64,000 nucleotides of DNA from Paramecium tetraurelia (lineage: Eukaryota), in assembly GCA_000165425.1 (NCBI GenBank), contig CT867988.1:217370-281369 (forward strand). Direction: 5' to 3'. How positions within the stretch are numbered: the stretch's first letter is position 1; each line of letters begins with the position of its first letter. The translations under genes and the position numbers were made by a program. This document shows, piece after piece, positions 43,186-56,084 of the stretch. Below the pieces are notes generated by a model. It was given only the letters and a program-made list of their open reading frames with translations, was not told the DNA's origin and made no database searches.

Positions 43186-45368
43186 TTCATTAAACAATAC
43201 AATTATGGACAATTGTTCTATTATACATGTTATTTATATTCTTTTCATATCCTTTCTCTCTATAAAGTTTTGCGTCTTCTTCTTATTTTGACCATTTTTA
43301 TAGAAATTATTATTCTGTAAATTATATGTAGCAAAGCTTTTATAACGTCTATATTTGTTATACATTTAAATTGATTATATCTTCAGTTTGATATAGCAAA
43401 GAAAATAACCATAATTGCAATTTTAATAGATATATGTAAGAAAACTATGAGTTTATTCATTTTAAATTCATTTATGGTTATATAAAAATTATATCTTTAT
43501 TTATAATTTTAATCGAGGCTATTGTTAATATTATGTTAAACTGTCATAAGTTTTCCAAGAAGGAATTAAATTTAACCTTTTTTGTAAAATATTTAAGAAT
43601 AGGTATAAATTATTCAATTTAACATAGTTGAATTGGAAACCTTTCCATTAAAAAAATTTTTTTGACACAAGTATTCCCAATTGCCTCAAATTTTTCAACA
43701 ATTTATATTAGTCGTTATAGGGATCAATTGAACATTTTAGATAGGACAATTATTTATAAAATTAATTTGTTTTTTCCAATTATTTTTTTAATTGTAATTC
43801 ATTAATAGGAAGGATTGATGATTTTAATGTTTTATTTCTGATAATCATTAACGATATGCTAAGCCAAATAATTGCTGCTAGATAATTAAATAAACTCAAA
43901 AAAATACTTAAAATTAGTTTATGCACTTTTTTCCCACTAAGGTGGAAGAGGAGCACTTGAATATGATGCTATGAATACTATCTAATTTGAATAGAATCAA
44001 TCCGATTTCTCCATTCAAATCAAAATTTATTAAAAATATATCTTTAATTTACACTTTATTATTAACTAATTATATAATAAAAGAAGATGATCATAGTTCA
44101 AAAAAAAAGGAGGAGAATATTAAAATATTTTTGCCAATAAAATGATATTTATTATTAAGAGAAATAGAATTGTTATCATAAAAATAAAGCAAAAATTAAA
44201 CAAAAAGATGAAATAGAAGAGGAATAAAAAAAAATTTTGATCCTATTGATATATTATTAGTTAAATGTGGGTAATTATCTTCTCTTTGTTGGTTATTTTC
44301 GAAAAAATTTTGATAAAATAATTTAAGCAAAAATTGATTGATGATGATATTATTTAATTTGAATAATTTTCTTCTTTTACTCTATATTCATAGACTGAAT
44401 CTTCATTAACATGAAGTCATTTCGTTGAGTTAGGATAAAATTATTAGGTATTAAATTTCTTGTACAATGTATTAGAAATTACACAAATATGAAATTAGAG
44501 TACTCATTTAAAATATGTTTCTAATATTTATGAGATTGGAAGATAAAACTTAGTTCTTAATTATACAATTCTTTAATAAATAATATCAAAATGAATTAGA
44601 AATTTAATGAGCTAATTAATTTTATATATAATTACGTATTATTATTGTATGAATTATTAATTGAGACTTAAAATAGTAAAACAGTGGAGTTTTTTAAAAA
44701 TGGGATAACATTTCTGTTGCAACTTATTAGGTATCAGAAAATAGATTTGCAAAATGAGAAACCCTAGATTTTAAGTGTAATTTTAGATGCATTTAATTCT
44801 GCTAAACTTTTAAACAAACTAGCTTTGGATAAATTTTGAATGCATTGATTTATGTTCAAAACATTTTACAGTAAATTCAAAATTAATAATAAGTATTTAA
44901 TCGCCAAAACAAATATATAATTTATAGAATGTAATTAGATTAATAGATAATTAATATAAATATGAGAGAAGACATTTGAAAGAGTAGTTAGATTTGAATT
45001 ATTTGAGGTAACTGATGTATAATTACAAAAATTAGAATACTACAAACAATTCCTAATCGACAAACTACAGTATTGTTAGTTGTATAATAGAATCATATAT
45101 GAGTAAAGAAGTACAGGAAATTTTGGTTAAAGTATTAAAAATGAATATGATGAATCCATTTTGATGAAGCAATTGAAAAAATGACTATCAGTAAGAAAAG
45201 TTTTAGCATTTTGAAATAATACAAGAGTTAAAACACTTCATCAAAGATTTCTAGAATCAAATAAGGAAATTTATGGGTTAAGTATCTTAATTCAGAAGTG
45301 TATTATAAAAGTTGTACAATATTAAGTGATAAATCTAATATTAAAAATATCTTTTTAAACATAAAGTA

Positions 45369-47157
45369 ATGTTGCATCATTTGTGGAGATATACGTATAA
45401 TACTAGCAAGGCCCTTTCTTTGGAATAGTTGACAAGATGGGGATTACATAATACATAAGTTGTTAGAAATGCCAGTACTCCAGAATTGTATGAAATTGCT
45501 GCCATGGATCCATTGTCTCCAGATCCAGAAACAAGACCAGGCTCTATTTCTAGCACAGGAGCCATGGTAGCCTACTCTGGAAGAAGAACAGGGTAAAGAA
45601 TTGAAAATAATTGTTTAGTCGATCTCCAACAGATAAGAGAGTTGTATTTGATGAATAAACTGAACACGAAATATGGTGGGGTAGTGTCAATATTCCAATT
45701 CCCAAGAAGTCTCATAATCTTTTGGAATAGGTTGCCCTTTAATTTTTTGGAAACACGAGGCCAAGAGTAAATTTATTATATAAATTTTTTAGTTATTTGT
45801 TGTTGATGGATATGCCGGGTGGGATCCTCACAGCAGACTTAGAATTAGAGTATTTTGCACAAGAGCATATCATGCTTTGTTTATGTAAAATATGCTTATC
45901 AAACCAACAAATGAGGAATTAAAGAAAGATTTCAGCGATGATGTTGATTTTCATATTTTCAATGCTGGACCAATGTCTGCTCCAAAATTAGTTGAAGGAG
46001 TTGGATCAGAAACATGCGTCTCTGTCAATCTCACAGATAAAAAGATGGTAATTTTAGGTACACAATATGCTGGTGAAATGAAAAAGGGAGTATTCGGAGT
46101 TACACATTATATGTTCCCGAAATAGGGAATCCTTACACTTCATAGTTCAGCTAATGAGGGAGTTAATGGAGATGTAACATTACTTTTTGGTTTGAGTGGA
46201 ACTGGTAAAACCACTTTAAGTGCAGATCCAAAGAGAAGATTAATTGGGGATGATGAACATGCATGGTCTGAAAATGGTATTTTCAATATTGAAGGTGGTT
46301 GTTATGCTAAATGCGTAGATCTAAGTTAAGAAAAGGAACCAGAAATTTTTAATGCTATAAAGTAATTATTATATTTAATAAAGATTCGGATCAGTCTTAG
46401 AGAATGTTGAATTCTTGTCTAAAGACTCTAGAGTAGTAGATTATCATAACATTTCTATTACAGAAAATACAAGAGTCAGTTATCCTTTGGATTTCATTCC
46501 AGGAGCTAAGGATCCAGCTGTTGGAAGTCATCCTAAAAACATTCTATTCCTCACATGTGATGCTTATGGTGTATTACCACCTGTTTCATTATTGACACCT
46601 GAATAGGCTATGTATCATTTCATTTCTGGATACACAGCCAAAGTATTTAATTCATTTTCACATTTATTTAGGTTGCTGGTACAGAAATGGGAGTCAAAGA
46701 GCCAGTTGCAACTTTTTCAGCCTGTTTTGGTGAAGCATTCTTACCATTGCATCCAACTCTCTACGCAACTATGCTAGCTGAAAAAATGAAGTAACATGGA
46801 ACCAAGTGCTGGTTAGTTAATACTGGTTGGTCAGGTGGCAAATATGGTATTGGCAAGAGAATGTCCCTTAAATATACAAGATCGATTATAGATGCTATTC
46901 ATACTGGTGAATTAGTGAATGGTGAATTTGAAAAATTCGAGATATTCAATTTATAAATCCCCAAAAAGGCCACTGGTGTACCTGAAACCATCCTTCATCC
47001 TAAAAATACTTGGATGTAAGTTCTTCATTTATTTTATAGTAATAAGAGTGAATTTGAAAGAACTTTAAGAAATTTAGCTAATAAATTCTAAAAGAATTTC
47101 TAAAAATATGCTGATAAGGCCACCCCAGAAATCATTAATGCTGGACCATAAGTGTGA
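45369..47157 (+). CDS. pckA: Phosphoenolpyruvate carboxykinase (ATP)
   Basis: [61 protein letters not shown]. Confidence 0.97.
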
Positions 47158-48416
47158 TAATGTAAAAATTATTATAAAATAAAATAAAATCAAATTTGAT
47201 TCTCTACTTACAAAACTAATTTTTTTTAATTCAAACTCAAATATAATAAATTAACCTTTGATATTTCATTTATTATATTTATACATTAGGATTTATATGT
47301 ACAAAACGAACATTAATATTAAAACCTTGTTTAAATTTAAATTGTATCCTAAAGTAATCTGAGTCATTTTAAAAAAAATTAAATTAAGAATACCAATTGA
47401 TTAATATAATAATGAAACTCACGATATGAAAGCAGCTGAAAAAGGCACTTATTAAGGAAAATATTTTAAAATTAAAGAACAAATGGAAAATGAGTTAAAT
47501 AATGAATCAAAATAACTATGTTTTTAAACATCAAAAATAAATATAAAACAAAATAAAGTAATGAATAATTTTCAATTAAAATAATAATTAATAATTTGTG
47601 TTTTAAACAAATCATTTCATATTTATTTACTTATGCTTAGATTTTTGAATCGAATTGCTAGGATCAGGTTTTTTTTTCAGATTTTAAATTTTAGTTATTT
47701 TCTTTTTGAGATTAGTCTACATTTTAGATACATTATTATTGCTATATTTATAAATTTTATATATTTTTAGCAATTAGGTTAATTAACCTGATACAGGGTT
47801 GAAAAAGTCTTCATTACAATAGATTTTACCCAAAAAGTTAAGTTTTTATATATTAAAGTAAGATTTTAAGCTAAGAGTATAAACTTTTACACTGATTAAA
47901 TCACAAAGTAAATCGGAACGCCCAGTCAATTAGGTAGTAATTTTACCCTATCGTTCTCTACGAAGTCAAGATAATATATTTTATGGGATTTGTAAAAAAT
48001 TTAAGTTCAATTGATACAATCCCAATTGAACACCAATTGATTTTAATAAGTTCTTAAAATTACTTGATAGGTCTCACTCTATCTAGAGATATAACGTCTT
48101 GAAATAAACTTTGAAGTAATCCAATATAATTTACTGATATAACATTAATTATTGGAATGTATTTCATAAATCAAATACTGTATTGACTAATTTGGGTTGA
48201 TCTACTTACTGAAATAATAATCAATGAAATATTGATATTCATTTAGTAAATTTGAACATAAAAAAACCCAATATTTTTCTTTCTATTCAAAATTAGTCAA
48301 TTTATTCATAGATATAATTATTTAGAACCCTCAATTTTGAATGAAATTAGCCTCATTAATAGAGAAAAAAATAATTAATAATATATTTCGAATTTTATTT
48401 TATTTTTTTGATATTT

Positions 48417-49800
48417 ATGGAATCAATTATTATACAATAGAAATTTATTTCGTAAAAGAAGAAAATCATTTTAAAAGACAACTTAAAATATGTAAAAGTG
48501 ATTGAGAAAGATCATAATAAACTTTAAGTTATAATTGATGTATGATGGATTTAGAAATAGGTTAGAATTTATGCGGCAAAGTTGATAAAATTATTGAGAC
48601 ATATGAAAATGATTTTATGATTGCATATAAAGAACAAAAGACTGAAATATAAAAGGAATTAAATGCTATGAAAGAAATATTGATTCAATACCTATTAAAT
48701 TCTGATACTCTTTCTACAGAACTATTAAGAACTATAGAGGAATTAAGGTTAAATTGAAAATCATATTAGAGGAAAATAATATTATGAAGGCTTTGTAATA
48801 GATATTGATTTAGTATAAAGAGTTTAGATTCTAAAATAGAAAATAAAGCTTTAAAAATTTAAACTTCTTTTTATTTATATTAGAAGAGTGAAGAATAAAA
48901 GAGATTAAAAAGTATTCTAGATTTTTTTCTGGTGTGATTATCAAAAGGTCAAGGTTAATTTTACTTTCAATTAATAAAGATAATTTGTAAATCATATACT
49001 TTTATATTCATGATCAAATTTTGATGGTGAAATGAAATTCTCTTCATCTACTCACACTCACAAAAGTAAAAGATAATTATTAAAACTATAGATTGGAGGT
49101 GAGGAATTCTTAGAAGAATTAACTTATTATAATTAATTGGAATTGTCTACATCTTCAAAATCGAATGAGAAATGGAAAATGGATGCTGATGAGGCCACTA
49201 TATAATTTCATGATTTCAAAAAAATTTAAGTTTAAAAACATAACGTAATATTATATAATTTTTATAGCAATTTTAATAACTTCCCTCATAAAGTTGCAAG
49301 ATAAAGAAATTATTCCTAAGAATACTTAAGTACAATAAATAATTTCATATTGAATTACTTTCCATACCACAAACTTAAGATTATTTAAATTCTAAAGATA
49401 TTTTCCAATCATTTTTTTTTTTCTAAGTACATTTTGATAGAAAAAACTCCTAGCTTAAATAAAAGCAAAATTACATCATCCATAATTGGTCAAATAACAG
49501 GTATTTATCAAATTTCTAATTAATTAGATTTAAGAAATTCTAGGAATAATTAATGTTCTATGAGGTGATACTGAAAATAAATTGCTATTTGTCTTGATAA
49601 ACGAAAGAAAGAATTCGAAAACCAAATTAATCTATTGCATCTTTTTTAAAAAAAACTCTTATAAAATAGAAACTCTATAAAAAAAAAAATCAATCTAATC
49701 TTTTTTAATTATATGTTTACTAGCCTAAAAATATTTGAAAAGTAGGATTAAGGATTAAATAGGCTTAATATACTATATATCAATCCTAAGAAAATTGATA
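48417..49800 (+). pseudogene. Degraded coiled-coil protein gene; boundaries approximate
   Basis: Coding-like fragments (KVDKIIETYENDFMIAYKEQK) and intron-like GT-AG segments, but no continuous frame found downstream. Confidence 0.35.
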
Positions 49801-49879
49801 AAATCAAATAGTTTCATTTAACATGCTTTCCATCAATTATTTCAAATGATCAATCGTCATTTCATTATTACAGTTATAA

Positions 49880-50609
49880 GAGTGTATAACATTATTTACA
49901 AGATCTTAATGTAAAAGCTATTTCTTTTTGGATTAACTAAGCACTCTTTTTTAGTTTGATTTTGATTGTCTGGCTTTAGAATTTTTCATTCTAGGATTCC
50001 ATTTCATCACCTTCTTTTGGTCTTCATCATCACTACCCTCCTAGTGAGGTTTTTGTTCTTCATTATTCTATAATTCCTCTTACAATTTTTATGATTGAAC
50101 TTAACTTTCATCTTTTTGCTATTTAACACTATTGTTTTCTTCATTTCCCACATTGATGCCTTTATTTCGATCCTCATTTATGTTGTTTATTGATTAAATA
50201 GGTTAAGGCTTCAATTCTTAATAAATCTCCTATTATAATAAATTTTATATTATTTAAACTTACTAATAACCTTTTTATAGAGAATTTAAACTAGAGACTT
50301 CAATTTCTTAACTTCTTTCCTTTTCTTATAATATTCTTTTAAGCATGTTTTATTCTTTAAATTTCGTATTATCTATTTTGTGTTATTATTAATTTTATTC
50401 TTCCTTCCTCATTAAATTCCATTTATGAAGTGATTTTTAATATACTTCTTATTGATCTAAATCACCAGATTACTGCAATTTATCATTTACATAAAATAGA
50501 AACTTAAGCGCCTTTTAAATTGTAATCAATTTTATTATACTTCTTTGCAAGTTGATATTCTTTATTTTGAATTTTAATCTTGCTCTTCATAATTCAATTT
50601 ATCTTGCAT
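49880..50609 (-). CDS. Hypothetical coiled-coil protein; may extend upstream to ~51010
   Basis: Glu/Gln/Lys-rich frame from MQDKLNYEEQ; ends uncertain. Confidence 0.4.
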
Positions 50610-51056
50610 ATGAAAAAATAATTAAATTATTATTAATTACAAAATTACAGAAGAATTCAACAATTTTAAGTTCGGAATTTTTGTTGTGTGAAGTAATAAC
50701 CCAATACTACTATTTATATATAGACTAATAAATTTAGTATTTTCATTAACTTTCAATCGCAAATAGATTGATTTTTGGTTTGAGTTTGAGATACCTCTTT
50801 ACATAGTTGACCTTAGGGCAATTATGTAAAATTTCTTAGATACCACATCATATTTTAGTTTTTCTTTCTATAATTTTTTTATTTATAATCAAATTATGAA
50901 AGTATGCATCCTACCTTTACTTTAGAAAGTTAGTGTGGAACATAAACTTCTTCGGTTTCATTGATCCTCTTGAGTTTTTTCTTTAAATTAACTTGAATTA
51001 TATACATACATTTGTTTTTCTTTAACAAGTTTTATATTAATATAAATTATTAATAA

Positions 51057-52120
51057 TCAATAATCTCTTTCCCTTTATTTAATGATTTCTTAAATTTCTG
51101 TCACCTTCTTTGTTTTTTTATGATTTTCGCCATATTGCATAAGAAATTCTTGATAAGCCAATCCCATATAATGTCTATACTGTGCTTCGTTGTTTAACCT
51201 TTTGTATACAAAGGCTTAGGCCTACAAATTTTAAGTGATAGGGATAATATATAATTTGATATTATTGTCATCGATGTGCTTTCGGAAATATTCTGAATAT
51301 AAATTAGTAATAAACCTTCAATTTATTTTAGGACTTGCAAAGCCTCTTTAAAAATTACTTCCTCTGGAAGATTTTCGCTTGAAGGAGTGCCATATTGATA
51401 AAATCTCTTTAAATATTTATACCAACATTATGAAGTCTAGATAATAGGAGCGTGAAATTACTTTTGCATAAAATTATTCCGCCTCTGAGATTTATTTCTT
51501 TTATTGGAATATTTATCCCATATAATAGTAATTCAGACTTGTTTGTGGATTTTCTGGATCAGAACTGCAAGAATCTGTATAAATCTAATCAATATTTAAA
51601 GAAAAATGTACTCCTATGGTTAATTCTGCCAATGCTTTTTTGTAATCCTTCTAAGCAAAATAGAGTTTTGAAAATATTTTATGCAACTGACCATTATACT
51701 CTGCATTTTCTTTTTCTGATATATCTTAGCCCATTTTGTTGCCATCTTCGCTTCCTTTTTCTTTTGGTTTATTGTATTGATACAAATTCCAGTAAGCAGC
51801 TTGAAGAAATTCTTCGGCCTTTTTCAATTTGCTTTCAGCTATATATGCTTCTGCCTAAATAAATAAACCAGGAAGAAGAAGAACACTATTTTCACCTCCC
51901 AAAATCTCTTTATACTCAATCATGGCTTTATGAACTTCTTCTGTGGCCTTTGTTATTGAATTAAAGTTACATTGAGCCTATTTTCTAGAATTGCTTAACG
52001 AGCCTATTCAACAATTTTTTTAAGAGTCTCCTTTGCATCCTCCTTACTTTTTTGTGTCTTATTTTTATCCTTCTCTTTTTCTGGGATTTGGGATTCCTTT
52101 AATTTTTAGGAGGAATTCAT
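51057..52120 (-). CDS. ZMYND12-like TPR-fold protein lacking an evident MYND finger
   Basis: SVLLLPGLFIQAEAYIAESKLKKAEEFLQAAYW and GQLHKIFSKLYFAQKDYKKALAELTIGIY...PQTSLNYYYMGQIF resemble the ZMYND12 helical region as recalled. Confidence 0.65.
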
Positions 52121-52499
52121 ATTAATTATATATGTTAAATATAATAAAAGTTAAGAGTTTCAAAATATCACTAAAATACAAATAGAAACTCTGATAGTGT
52201 TCCCCTCCGTATAAATCTCATTATTAAAATAATTATTCGTGTATACACTAAAACAAATGCGTTTCTGTAAAATAATTTCTACATTTCTAATCTTTCTAAG
52301 AATTAAAAATATTTTAAACCCCTATAGATTTTTATTATTTTGTATTATATTAAAGACAGCAGTAAAAATAATATCTGATTTAAAGTTGATTTAGATTTCT
52401 AGGTAGATTGGCTTTAAAACTAAAAGGATTATGTAACGTAAAAAGTTCATTTAAATGTAAGTAAATATTTAAATATGATTAAATCTAAATAAATGAAAA

Positions 52500-53995
52500 A
52501 TTAATTCCAAAAACAGTCTTAATAATGAATAAGTAAAGTGGATGATTTAACTCTTTATAAAAAGTAATAACAAACTAATCAATCAAGGAACTGCCTATAT
52601 TTTGTTAAACTCAAACAATGTTGCTTTTAAAGATTTATTTGAAAAGTAAAAGAAAAGTAATATTAAATTATATAAATTCTAGTTTTTTGATTGTTCTGAT
52701 AAATTTGGATGTGGGCTTGTACAACTGAAATGTTACTGATTTGATAAGGGATGTCCAACTACTTTATTATTCATCTCAGGTTTTAAAGAGAATCAAATCT
52801 TTAATTAGTGGTTAAGCAGCATATATTGTACCTGGCGTTTGTTAAAAAGATGATGTTAAGATATCGAATATACCGTACATTCGAATATTTTCTGGGGTTC
52901 CATAATTACATTAATACTATTCAGCAAATCAGGTTGAGAAGTATAATTTAATGAATTATGAATTCCTCAATAATTCGTAAAATTTTCAATGAAAAAGAAT
53001 TAATAAATTAATTATCGGCCTTGATAATAAAAAATCTAACGATAAATACATTGATGATTAAAGTAGATGATGAATCATGAGGAAAAAGTTGAGCATGGTT
53101 CAGAGTCTAGAAAATTATTTAAACATTCCTGTTATCATGAATTCACAACTTTTATATCTAATTGAGGAGGTTTTATTGAAGGATTGCATTTTTAGAAAAT
53201 TATTTTAAATACATTCAATATCATATAAATTTATGGTAAAACCTAAACCAGAAGTTTCTCTTTTTGGTTCTTTGAAAAATTAAAACAAATTGTTTCAAAT
53301 CTATGCCAAGGGATAAATTGGACATTTTACAATGGACACAATAGGGGATTAATCAGATAATAATAAGTAGGGATTTTAAGTTATTGGATTAGATTGTTTC
53401 TGAATCAAAATAGTAGTACAGTCGTTATATATTTTAATTTTCATATGAAGTATAAATTCTCCTTTTCAAAAGGGATTTATTAAGTCGAAAATACTGAGAG
53501 ATGAAGCAATACTAGATACTCAATTTATTGTTCTACGATAAAATTTAAAGGATGGATGTATTATCATAAATGACATTCTTTTAAATATGCCATTGAGTAA
53601 TCTTCTTCACTATAGAAAAAAAATGGATCCATTTTCATTCTTGTGGACTCCTTATAAACTGTGGTAATCAGCTTAATTACTTTGACATAAACTCTCCTTA
53701 AGTTATTAAATACAGTGTGATAATTGATCATTATTGATATATGGATTGAAAAGCAATTAGGATTTAGATTCCTAGAAAAAACATATATCAAATAATAATC
53801 ATACATGATTGATGCTATTGCTTTTATTCAGAAGTATGTCAGAAGAGCTACTGAAACTATATAGGTCAATACTCAATAATAATTAATTACAGTTTAATTT
53901 CGAAGTGACAAAGTGAACATGATGTCAATCCGTTAGAAACTCAAGACTATGTTAAAGAAATTGGAAGGAAGTGAGTATAAAATTCAAATTAGCTA
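52500..53995 (+). pseudogene. Decayed IQCH-like gene
   Basis: LYYSSQVLKRIKSLISGQAAYIVPG, ELINQLSALIIKNL...IKVDDES, NGSIFILVDSLQ lie in different frames with in-frame TGAs. Confidence 0.65.
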
Positions 53996-54021
53996 ATATT
54001 TATGATTATTATTACATTAAT

Positions 54022-56023
54022 ATGAGTTCCGTTTAAAAAGAATTACAGATTTCAAATTGCAGTGATCGTGGACTCTATTACGATGGGTCATGCTAATGTG
54101 ACTTGGGCTACTTTGGAGTTTAATGTGAATAGAAACTGGAAGAACTCCATTTAGCCACTTATTACACTTTTATTGGATTCTTTTTAATACTGTTTACAAT
54201 CCTGCTTCTTTTTACTTTAAAATAGCTTTAATTATCTCTAAAAATGAATAAGATACCTTCCTATTAGAAGTATGAAAATAGATTCTCATATCAATAGAGG
54301 ATGCAATTATATTAAGAATGTGCTTGGATCTCCTTTGAATTGCATTTTATGTCTAACCATTTTATTCAGTATTCTTAAGATTCTCTGGTTAGCTTTGGAC
54401 CCATTTTAATTATATGTATACAGAATTGAAATTCTTTCATTTTTTAGGATTACAAAGAGAGAGTTTGCGAAAGAATTTTGGCAGAAGTAGTTTATACCAT
54501 ATTATTTTATATATATGGAATTTTATTGATGGTTTGGTATACCATGTATGACGAAATTTCATTTAATATTTCTGAAAAGAAAAATAATAATTTAGAATAA
54601 TAATCAACTTCCAAATCAGAGAATAGAAAATTCATTCTAGCATATTATAAAGACATTATGAAAATAAGACTCTTCCTCGTCTTGATTATATAATTGACTG
54701 TAAGTACATTAAATGGTAATTATTAAGCCTTTAAATAGGATTAAGATTAGGACAACAGTATAAAACTATCTTATATATTGCATATGTAATATTGTTACTG
54801 AATTTCATGTAAGTTACTTTGATTCATAATAGCTCCTTTATTTTCGAATTCCTTCTATATGGTAGATCCTTAAATTAATGCATAGAACAACAACTAAAAA
54901 GATTGGATTTAGATAATAGAGAGTAAGAAAGAGAGGAGAAATTGAAATTGGCAAAAAATAATCAGCAAGTAATCTTATCAATTTCTATCAAAGACTATCC
55001 TATCAAAAACTTAGTTAAATCTTTAATAAGAAGATCAATTGCAATCTCCAGCTACTCCCGATTAATAAATATTAAGATTGAGTTCTTTAAGTGCGAGTGA
55101 TGAAAGTCATGAATAAAGGGATACATCAAGAGCCATCATATCAATTGAAAAAATTTAACCTCCATCTTTCTTAAAAAAACAAGTAACTTTCAGATCGCCT
55201 TAAAGTATCCCAACTTAGTAAAATACGGAAGTGAAAAGGGAAGTTCTTAAAACTTCAATGAGAACCATTTTAAGTGAGGAGTCTCAAAATTCTCTTCATG
55301 TCGGTGAAGTTTCTAATCATTAAAAAGTCAATTCTTGCTTACTTAACGAGGATGATTTTGATTAAACAGACTTCAATTGGAATATAAAAAAAGAAAGAGC
55401 TAACGTTAAGAAGATAAAAAAATAACAGATTAAAATTGTCGAAAAAATAAAATTATAAGTCAATGAAACTAAAAGATAAAAGAAAGCAACAATCAAAAAT
55501 AGTAATAATATAAAAGATGGTGTTAACTAAGATTCCTTTTAAATTGAAGATGATAAGAAAATAAAGAGTTAATTGGCTTAGGCTTATTAAGCTGAGATGT
55601 TGGCCTAATAAAAATAAATTAGAACTGCTAATCTAAATGCAGATAAAAAAGTACTTTCAAAAATTTAAATGCTTATTTATGTTGGGGTGCTTCTAGAAAT
55701 CTGTTTTGGAGCCTTATCAATTGTTATTTTATTAACAGACTTATTAAAAAAACCTGTAGGTTAATTTGATAATTATTATTTTAGGTACTATTTGCTATTT
55801 GTATATTTCAGCAATGCTTCAATTCTTATCTCTGATAACTGTGTTGAAGTTGTTTCGAGATGTTAAAAGTCAAGAAGTGTTGAATCTAATATGGATTTAA
55901 AAGGTCGGGAACCGAAAAAATAAAATTAATTAAAAGTATTATTTTACAATTCCATTTGATCAAACGAGACAGGATGAATCTAAAAGAAAGTTTGAACAAA
56001 GAATTAATATGCATATAAGATGA
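54022..56023 (+). CDS. EGF-like domain plus seven-transmembrane protein with a long cytoplasmic loop
   Basis: CSDRGLYYDGSCQCDLGYFGVQC, five hydrophobic segments, ~250 aa charged loop, two more hydrophobic segments. Confidence 0.75.
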
Positions 56024-56084
56024 TGATTCTATTTTATTAATCTGTATTTGTTTATACTTATAAAAAATAAAGATTAATTAATAT

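Noticed and set aside
52730..53725. Frame with repeated in-frame TGA that could suggest TGA=Trp or Sec recoding
   Set aside because: The IQCH-like blocks jump between frames, so this is a frameshifted pseudogene, not a readthrough ORF
12052..53995. Apparent enrichment of cilia and cortex genes (TTLL3, centrin, MOK, MORN, UNC119, ZMYND12-like, IQCH-like)
   Set aside because: Such genes are abundant in ciliate genomes and are interspersed with unrelated genes; no evidence of a cluster
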